Below, piece after piece: positions 57,991-64,000 of a stretch of 64,000 nucleotides of DNA (position 1 is the first letter of the stretch; the number at the start of each line of letters is the position of its first letter). Below the pieces are notes generated by a model that was given only the letters and a program-made list of their open reading frames with translations, was not told the origin of the DNA and made no database searches. The DNA comes from a virus: IMG/VR virus record IMGVR_UViG_3300008266_000002, one strand, 5' to 3'. The position numbers were made by a program, and so were the translations under genes.

Positions 57991-58764
57991 ATGGGATATT
58001 TAGACAATTCAACCGTCACAGTAGATGCAATTCTTACTAACAAAGGTCGTGAGATCCTTGCAGCTGGTGGCAGATTAAACATTACAAAATTTGCTTTAAG
58101 CGATGATGAGATCGATTATGATCTTTGGAATCCAGCACACACCTTAGGAACAAACTACTATGGTGCTGTAATTGAAAACATGCCAGTATTAGAAGCATTA
58201 CCAGATGAAACTCAGATGCTTCGCTACAAGCTAGTAACATTACCAAAAGATGTTATTGGTATCCCAGTAATAAGTGTGGCGCCAGCATCAGTGTCGCTAA
58301 CCTCATTAACACAAACCGTAACTATAACACCATCTACATTAAATTTACAAGGTGGTAATAGTGGTTTAGGTTATACAGCGGTTCTTTCAGATGATACAGT
58401 AGCCACTTTAGAGGTAGCTCCAGATGGTGCTGTTGCAATCACATCACAAGGAGCTCTTGCAACACAAAATGCAGCGGCAGTTGTAGAAGCTGCAAACGTA
58501 GGTGGTGTAACTGGATTCTTGGATGATGAGGTAACAAGTGTAACAACAGCTGGTAGAACAGTGGTAAGAATTGGCACTAAGTTTACAATAAGAGCAAGAC
58601 CACAAGCAAACTTAACAACTATAAGACGTGCATTGTTGACTATTATAGGTAATGAAACGGGTGGATTTAAGACAGTATCTATCACAGTTGATCCAAGTCA
58701 ATTTAATACATTAGACGTTCAAACTGGCGCAACTGGTTTAGGTGGTTCTGCAACAGCATCATAA
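57991..58764 (+). CDS. virion structural protein
   Basis: MGYLDN..VDAILT.KGRE...ITKFAL.DDEIDY. Confidence 0.65.
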   Translation: MGYLDNSTVTVDAILTNKGREILAAGGRLNITKFALSDDEIDYDLWNPAHTLGTNYYGAVIENMPVLEALPDETQMLRYKLVTLPKDVIGIPVISVAPASVSLTSLTQTVTITPSTLNLQGGNSGLGYTAVLSDDTVATLEVAPDGAVAITSQGALATQNAAAVVEAANVGGVTGFLDDEVTSVTTAGRTVVRIGTKFTIRARPQANLTTIRRALLTIIGNETGGFKTVSITVDPSQFNTLDVQTGATGLGGSATAS

Positions 58765-58784
58765 AATAAAAACTTAAAATAAAA

Positions 58785-59834
58785 ATGGCTGAAATTTATA
58801 AACTCTTTACACCTGATGATATAGTTCAAGGGGACGTACAAACGATATCTCAACCAATTTGGTCAGAGAATCTTAACCCACTATCATCATCTATATCTGG
58901 AGTTGGGTACTTTACATCATCTGCGCAAGCATCGCAATCAGGAGATTATTACCTAAATATATACCATAGGAATCCATCAACAGCAACCAATGCAGCAATT
59001 CAATTTGCGCTTGCATATGGTCATCGTTTAGGTAGTGGATCTTATGGTGATGCTAACACAGTTGGAAACAATGCTAACGATACACCAACAAGAGCAATCT
59101 ATTCACAATATAGAAACATGTTACTTCCGCCAACAGATCAAGTGTTTACGTTTGGAGGTACTAATTCAGATGAAATTATTGTAATAAATGTAGCTCGTTC
59201 AAGATTCCGTCAAAAAATAGATCCAGGAAACTGGGAATTGCGAATTGGTAGTGGATCTACGGGAGGTAGTACAGCAGCCTACTCAAGCTTTATTGATGCA
59301 AGTGGTGCTGGTGTCAATCCATCAATTAACGAAGCAGGTCGTATATTTGGAATTTATTCTGGTTCTGGTGGTGTAACTGCATCTTCAACACAATATGGAT
59401 TATTTTATCCAGACCAAGGAGTGTTTGTATTCCATGCTGGCTTATTGAGATCAAACTTAGGTATTCCATTTAATAGTGCATCTGCAACAACTTTATCATC
59501 AGCAGGAACACAACCAAGAAACCATGTAACAATGTCTCGCCACATTTCTGCTTCAGGATATTTTGCAGCTAGAAGTGAAGAAAAAGTGACATCAACACAC
59601 TACTTTGTTCGTGTAACAAATAGACAATTTAACTTCTCAAATAACCCAACCTTTGTAACTGGTAGTACTGGAACATTCTTACACTCAAGTATGCTTCGTA
59701 ATCCAAGTGTTTACATTACCACAATTGGATTATTCGATGATAGAAATCGTCTAGTGGCAGTTGCAAAACTTAGCAAGCCGTTATTAAAGTCATTTAATCG
59801 CGAAGCGTTGATAAAAGTTAAGTTAGATTATTAA
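58785..59834 (+). CDS. virion structural protein
   Basis: C-terminal YITTIGLF....LVAVAKLSKP...KVKLDY. Confidence 0.65.
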   Translation: MAEIYKLFTPDDIVQGDVQTISQPIWSENLNPLSSSISGVGYFTSSAQASQSGDYYLNIYHRNPSTATNAAIQFALAYGHRLGSGSYGDANTVGNNANDTPTRAIYSQYRNMLLPPTDQVFTFGGTNSDEIIVINVARSRFRQKIDPGNWELRIGSGSTGGSTAAYSSFIDASGAGVNPSINEAGRIFGIYSGSGGVTASSTQYGLFYPDQGVFVFHAGLLRSNLGIPFNSASATTLSSAGTQPRNHVTMSRHISASGYFAARSEEKVTSTHYFVRVTNRQFNFSNNPTFVTGSTGTFLHSSMLRNPSVYITTIGLFDDRNRLVAVAKLSKPLLKSFNREALIKVKLDY

Positions 59835-59862
59835 CATCCCTTTAGATAGTATCTATAGACCG

Positions 59863-59894
59863 ACCCTCTATTTATTATAGAGGGTTTCTTTTTT
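59863..59894 (+). terminator. terminator hairpin containing TATTTAT
   Basis: ACCCTCTA-tttatta-TAGAGGGT followed by a T-rich tail. Confidence 0.6.
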
Positions 59895-59912
59895 GGTGAT
59901 AATTATATTCAT

Positions 59913-61292
59913 ATGGCAGGAGTATTTAAAAGTTTAGACAAATCTGATATTAGAGTAGTTCCATTTCGTGCGCACAAACAGTGGGTGAATGATCTTAGTT
60001 ATACGTTAACACCGACACCAACAGCATCGGTTACTCTTAGTGGGAATAATTTAAAGTTTTTACAAACAAACTTTTCCCAGAGTATTAACTTAAAAAACAA
60101 CTATTATTACTATCAAGGAGAAGGTAATAATATTAATCTGGTAGATGGTAACGATAGTTTTGCATTATTAGCTCAAACTACAAATGCACCGAGTCTTAAT
60201 CAAATACCTTTCCTTAGCTCAGCAGGACCCAACCAAAATTACATAATGTATTACGAAGGTAATTCATCAACCATGAATGCTCAGAATGCGAGTGATTTAA
60301 GTGATGAGGATGTTGGTACATTTTCGGTCGGTAGTACAACTTATACACACCTATCATGGATTCCAGGTGCAAACATGTTGTTGCTTTCAGGTCTAGAGTC
60401 GTCACCAACACTTGGTTTAACTAGTATTTTATGGGACGTTGCACAGACAAAATTTGATTCTAGTAGTTTTATGAATACAGATCCAGATACAAACTACTTA
60501 GGAACTACGTTTGCAGTAAGAAGTGGTAGTAGCTCTAATTTTTTTGCTGCTCTTACAAGCACAGCTACAACAGACACAGTATATTTTGAATATAAAAATC
60601 AGAGTGGTTCGCGCATAGGTGACGCATCATCGCAATCTCAACTAGCATACAGCCCAACTGCTGTAAAGGATTTTGTAAGTAATGGAAAAGCGAGAAACTT
60701 GAATGCTTTTGCGACCATGAAAGGTGGTACAGGTTTATGGATAATTAGCGGTAGTAGCACACTACAGTATACAAAGTATGAATATGACGTTGTCCGATTA
60801 TTGCAAGACAAGGATTTATATAGAAATGGAACATATAGTACAGCAAGAACATTTGCAGTGTTACGAAATGGAATAGTGTTAGTGGATTTATATGCTGATG
60901 ATAGAGGTTATGGTTGGGAAGATGTAATTGATGCTCAAAGATGGGTAGGAAGTGGTCAAGTCATTGCAGCAACCATTAATAAAAATGTTGATTTATTATC
61001 CTCAACAGAACCTTTGACAATAACTATGTATGCAACAACAAATTTAACATACAAGGCACCTATTGTTGTGTTTCATATTAACCTCAATACGCAGGAGATA
61101 TCAGATCCAATACACTTAGGTTGTCATAGTACAGAGGCTGCTTCACCCTACTTAGGAGATGATGGAAATCGCTCGGTTAATTTTATTGGAGATAATAGTG
61201 TTAATAAGGTTGTGGGTTTAATGTATCAAACAGATAACACCGAGATTATTAGTGGAAATGTTTATAGTCAAATTTACACATTCAATACATAA
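59913..61292 (+). CDS. putative virion structural protein
   Basis: S/T/N-rich, 459 aa. Confidence 0.6.
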   Translation: MAGVFKSLDKSDIRVVPFRAHKQWVNDLSYTLTPTPTASVTLSGNNLKFLQTNFSQSINLKNNYYYYQGEGNNINLVDGNDSFALLAQTTNAPSLNQIPFLSSAGPNQNYIMYYEGNSSTMNAQNASDLSDEDVGTFSVGSTTYTHLSWIPGANMLLLSGLESSPTLGLTSILWDVAQTKFDSSSFMNTDPDTNYLGTTFAVRSGSSSNFFAALTSTATTDTVYFEYKNQSGSRIGDASSQSQLAYSPTAVKDFVSNGKARNLNAFATMKGGTGLWIISGSSTLQYTKYEYDVVRLLQDKDLYRNGTYSTARTFAVLRNGIVLVDLYADDRGYGWEDVIDAQRWVGSGQVIAATINKNVDLLSSTEPLTITMYATTNLTYKAPIVVFHINLNTQEISDPIHLGCHSTEAASPYLGDDGNRSVNFIGDNSVNKVVGLMYQTDNTEIISGNVYSQIYTFNT

Positions 61293-62941
61293 TGAGTACG
61301 TACACAATATATAAAGCCGACTATAATCCAATATCTAGTTTACCAACCTCAAACCCACTTCAAGTGAGTTTTGATCAAGGTAATGATGCACTCACCTCAA
61401 CAGAGTTGCTAACTGCAAACGGGAAATATCAACGTATTGTGCATAGATCAGTTGATCACCTCTACTACCGTGATTTTCTAAGTAATAACAAAGCTTCTTT
61501 TGGAAGTGGTAATATTAATAGCCAAGAAAGATGGTTAGAAGATCAGGCTTATATTATAAGCGTACCACAATCCAAATTTGGTGAAGCGTTAATGCCTGAG
61601 TCAGTAATCATATCAATGAGTTATACTATGGCTCCAGCATCTGGTACCTATACTGGTACCTATGCTGTAGGAACTTGGACAGTAGAAGATGATGGTTTAG
61701 GTAATTTGTTTATAACAGGAAGTTCTTTCTATTCGCCTTATGGTCAGTTTGTTGGCGGAGCTTTTACAAACTACTCATCATCTGTAGATAAAACTCTTGT
61801 AGGTATGTGGCCACAAGATGATCTATATCGATACACAAACGCATCATATGTAAATATTACACAAAGTTTTAATAAGGGTTTGTGGCAAATGGAATCGTTA
61901 TATAGTAACGTAGCCGCTACATACCAGAGTGGTTCTAATTATACACTAGAGGAGAAAGACTTTCTTGGAGCTACCTGGAATTTTACAGCATCTTTGAGTT
62001 CAAGTCTTAGAATTAAACCAAATGTCAGTAAGGATTATAATCAAAAGTATAACTTCCAAAATGATAACTTTTCAATAAACATGGTGGTGATACCATCACA
62101 GGAACCAACCCACCCATCCGGATCAATACTTTTGTCTAAACAAGGACCAGTTGAGGAAGTGAGAATTGACTTAAATGGTAATCCATATACATACGATATA
62201 CCTAACAAAACGCCATATAGATTAAGCTATATGTCGGGAAGTTTAAAAATAAAATTTGAAAAAGACAATGGAGCAGAGCAGTTTGTATTAACTAGTAGTG
62301 CAGTTGCATATGTTGATACAGTAAGCCATGTTACACTAACACGTTCCGGATCACAATACTCTCTACACGTGTTTAACTATGCAGATTCATCGGTCAATTC
62401 AGGATCATCGCTATTATCGGACAACTTGTGTGCGAATTTATCTGACATATATATTGGTAATTCTTATGATGGAGTTCGAGGTTTTAGTGGAGTTATTGAT
62501 AACATAAAAATATACAAAGACACTCTTACAGCCAACGATATAAACATCCTCCGACACACAATGGGTGTTGGAAATTTGCATATTGGAAATGTATTTTATA
62601 ATCATGGTATGATGGTATTATCGTCCATTCCATCGAAGTTTGGCGAGATATTATCAGTGACCTCTAGAGGAACTCATACAATCTGGGAAACGGAGATAAG
62701 TTGTACAGTTGGTCCTGGTGAGTTTGGAATGAGTTGTAATCCAACATTGCAGGAATATGATCCAATCTATAACGATTTTGTTTACAGATCCTTTGTTACG
62801 AGCTCCTACTTCAAACCATATGTAACGTCAGTTGGATTGTATGATGATTATGGTAACCTCTTAGCAATCGGAAAACTTAACACACCAATCCAAACACCAA
62901 ATAACGTTGATACAACATTTATAGTTCGTTTTGATAGATAA
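61292..62941 (+). CDS. LamG-like virion protein, C-terminus paralogous to 58785..59834
   Basis: FSGVIDNIKIY; PYVTSVGLYDD...LAIGKL..P...FIVRFD. Confidence 0.65.
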   Translation: MSTYTIYKADYNPISSLPTSNPLQVSFDQGNDALTSTELLTANGKYQRIVHRSVDHLYYRDFLSNNKASFGSGNINSQERWLEDQAYIISVPQSKFGEALMPESVIISMSYTMAPASGTYTGTYAVGTWTVEDDGLGNLFITGSSFYSPYGQFVGGAFTNYSSSVDKTLVGMWPQDDLYRYTNASYVNITQSFNKGLWQMESLYSNVAATYQSGSNYTLEEKDFLGATWNFTASLSSSLRIKPNVSKDYNQKYNFQNDNFSINMVVIPSQEPTHPSGSILLSKQGPVEEVRIDLNGNPYTYDIPNKTPYRLSYMSGSLKIKFEKDNGAEQFVLTSSAVAYVDTVSHVTLTRSGSQYSLHVFNYADSSVNSGSSLLSDNLCANLSDIYIGNSYDGVRGFSGVIDNIKIYKDTLTANDINILRHTMGVGNLHIGNVFYNHGMMVLSSIPSKFGEILSVTSRGTHTIWETEISCTVGPGEFGMSCNPTLQEYDPIYNDFVYRSFVTSSYFKPYVTSVGLYDDYGNLLAIGKLNTPIQTPNNVDTTFIVRFDR

Positions 62942-62942
62942 T

Positions 62943-63344
62943 ATGGCAAAAGCAAGGTTTACAAAAAGACAGGCAGCTGTCAAACATGGTTATAGAAGTG
63001 GCTTAGAGGAACAACTGGATAGTACGCTAAAGACTCATGGAGTTGATGGTCAGTATGAACAACATACAATCAAGTACATTATACCAGCTTCGGAGCATAC
63101 TTACACTCCTGATTTTAAACTACCAAATGGAATTTATATAGAAACTAAAGGTAGGTTTGTGTTAGAGGATAGAAAAAAACATATCCTAATCAGAGAGCAA
63201 CATCCACAACTAGATATTAGATTTATTTTTCAAAACTCAAAAGGCAAACTTCGTAAAGGGTCAAAGACAACTTATGCTGATTGGTGTGTAAAACATGGAT
63301 TTTTATATGCCGATAAGACTATTCCACAAGAGTGGCTAAAATAG
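62943..63344 (+). CDS. T7 endonuclease I-like Holliday junction resolvase
   Basis: YRSGLEE, YTPDF, IETKGRF, DRKKH, LDIRFIFQ, TTYADWC. Confidence 0.92.
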   Translation: MAKARFTKRQAAVKHGYRSGLEEQLDSTLKTHGVDGQYEQHTIKYIIPASEHTYTPDFKLPNGIYIETKGRFVLEDRKKHILIREQHPQLDIRFIFQNSKGKLRKGSKTTYADWCVKHGFLYADKTIPQEWLK

Positions 63345-63368
63345 AAAAATAAGTTGTATATTTGCAGT

Positions 63369-64000
63369 ATGAGTACAAACATACAACAAGCTAAACACAT
63401 TTTGGATGAACATTTAGGCTCAAGTGTTCAACATAGAAAGGATGGTGAGATCAGTTATCACTGTCCATTTTGCAACCATTATAAGCCAAAACTGCAAGTC
63501 AATCTTAACACACAAAAGTGGCATTGTTGGGTTTGCGATAGCAAGGGACAAACTCTATTATCGCTACTCAAGAAAAGTAATGCGCCAGTTCCCGTCTTTT
63601 CAAAGATTAGAGAAATATATGGTGAAACGCGGTTCAATTCTGCTCCAGAGTATGGACGAGAGTTGGTTGGATTACCTGAAGGCTATAAACCACTCTACAT
63701 ACAACAAAACACTCCAGATTATCGTAATGCCCTCCATTATGTGTTGAATACAAGAAAGCTAACTCCTATTGATATACTACGTTATCAGGTGGGTTATTGT
63801 GAGGAAGGACCTTATGCTGGGATGGTTATTATACCAAGCTACAACGAAGATAATTCAATCAACTATTATGTAGGTAGAAGTTATTATAGTAATGCACAAA
63901 TAAAACACAAGAACCCACCAGTCTCTAAAGATGTTGTTGGTTTTGAGAATCAAATCAATTGGAATGAACCAATTATAATTGTGGAAGGTGCTTTTGATGC
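63369..64000 (+). CDS. DNA primase (3' truncated by window edge)
   Basis: Zn finger CPFC...WHCWVC, YYVGR, TOPRIM IIIVEGAFD. TATATTTG at 63357 upstream. Not in the ORF track. Confidence 0.88.
   Translation, partial: MSTNIQQAKHILDEHLGSSVQHRKDGEISYHCPFCNHYKPKLQVNLNTQKWHCWVCDSKGQTLLSLLKKSNAPVPVFSKIREIYGETRFNSAPEYGRELVGLPEGYKPLYIQQNTPDYRNALHYVLNTRKLTPIDILRYQVGYCEEGPYAGMVIIPSYNEDNSINYYVGRSYYSNAQIKHKNPPVSKDVVGFENQINWNEPIIIVEGAFD

Larger units (their letters stand above)
13040..59875 (+). promoter_or_regulatory. candidate late promoter TATTTAT(A)
   Basis: Copies just upstream of genes at 13040, 15397, 21362, 23661, 28082, 30764, 35941, 43496, 53414, 57968 and 59869, ahead of structural and leader-bearing genes. 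Confidence 0.6.

Noticed and set aside
63424-63747. Track ORF of 107 aa
   Set aside because: Out-of-frame shadow of the primase ORF starting at 63369.
1-64000. Diversity-generating retroelement, intein or self-splicing intron
   Set aside because: I saw no reverse transcriptase, TR/VR pair, intein termini or interrupted core gene, though reading by eye could miss divergent cases.

Overview
This window is part of a large, AT-rich, tailed dsDNA phage genome, probably a contractile-tailed myovirus infecting Bacteroidota. The host inference rests on Bacteroidota-style promoters, lipoproteins, a T9SS-sorted protein and a tmRNA. Nearly all genes are on the + strand. About 1-33 kb is an early/accessory region: ThyX, acyl-CoA thioesterase, metallophosphoesterase, SLT, GNATs, a MoxR-type AAA+/vWA pair, HPRT, an HD protein, tRNA-Gln, two aberrant tRNA-like RNAs, tmRNA and many small ORFs behind about 20 copies of a bipartite promoter. 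About 33-63 kb holds a gp55-like sigma factor, a T9SS-type protein and a baseplate/tail module with GH108 and M15 peptidoglycan hydrolases. The window ends with a T7 endonuclease I-like resolvase and a truncated primase. Main unexplained structures: (1) a four-unit integron-like cassette array at 13.6-14.9 kb whose hairpins favour folding of the coding strand and supply start codons to the next cassette; (2) GU-rich 3'-UTR elements complementary to CA-repeat leaders of early genes; (3) a set of enzyme-like proteins sharing a short N-terminal leader ending in Glu, many behind a TATTTAT motif; (4) a tRNA-like RNA with a possible pseudoknot in place of the anticodon arm; (5) G/C-tract non-coding blocks bracketing the 16-21 kb promoter-dense island. 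All calls come from reading motifs by eye; no searches were run.
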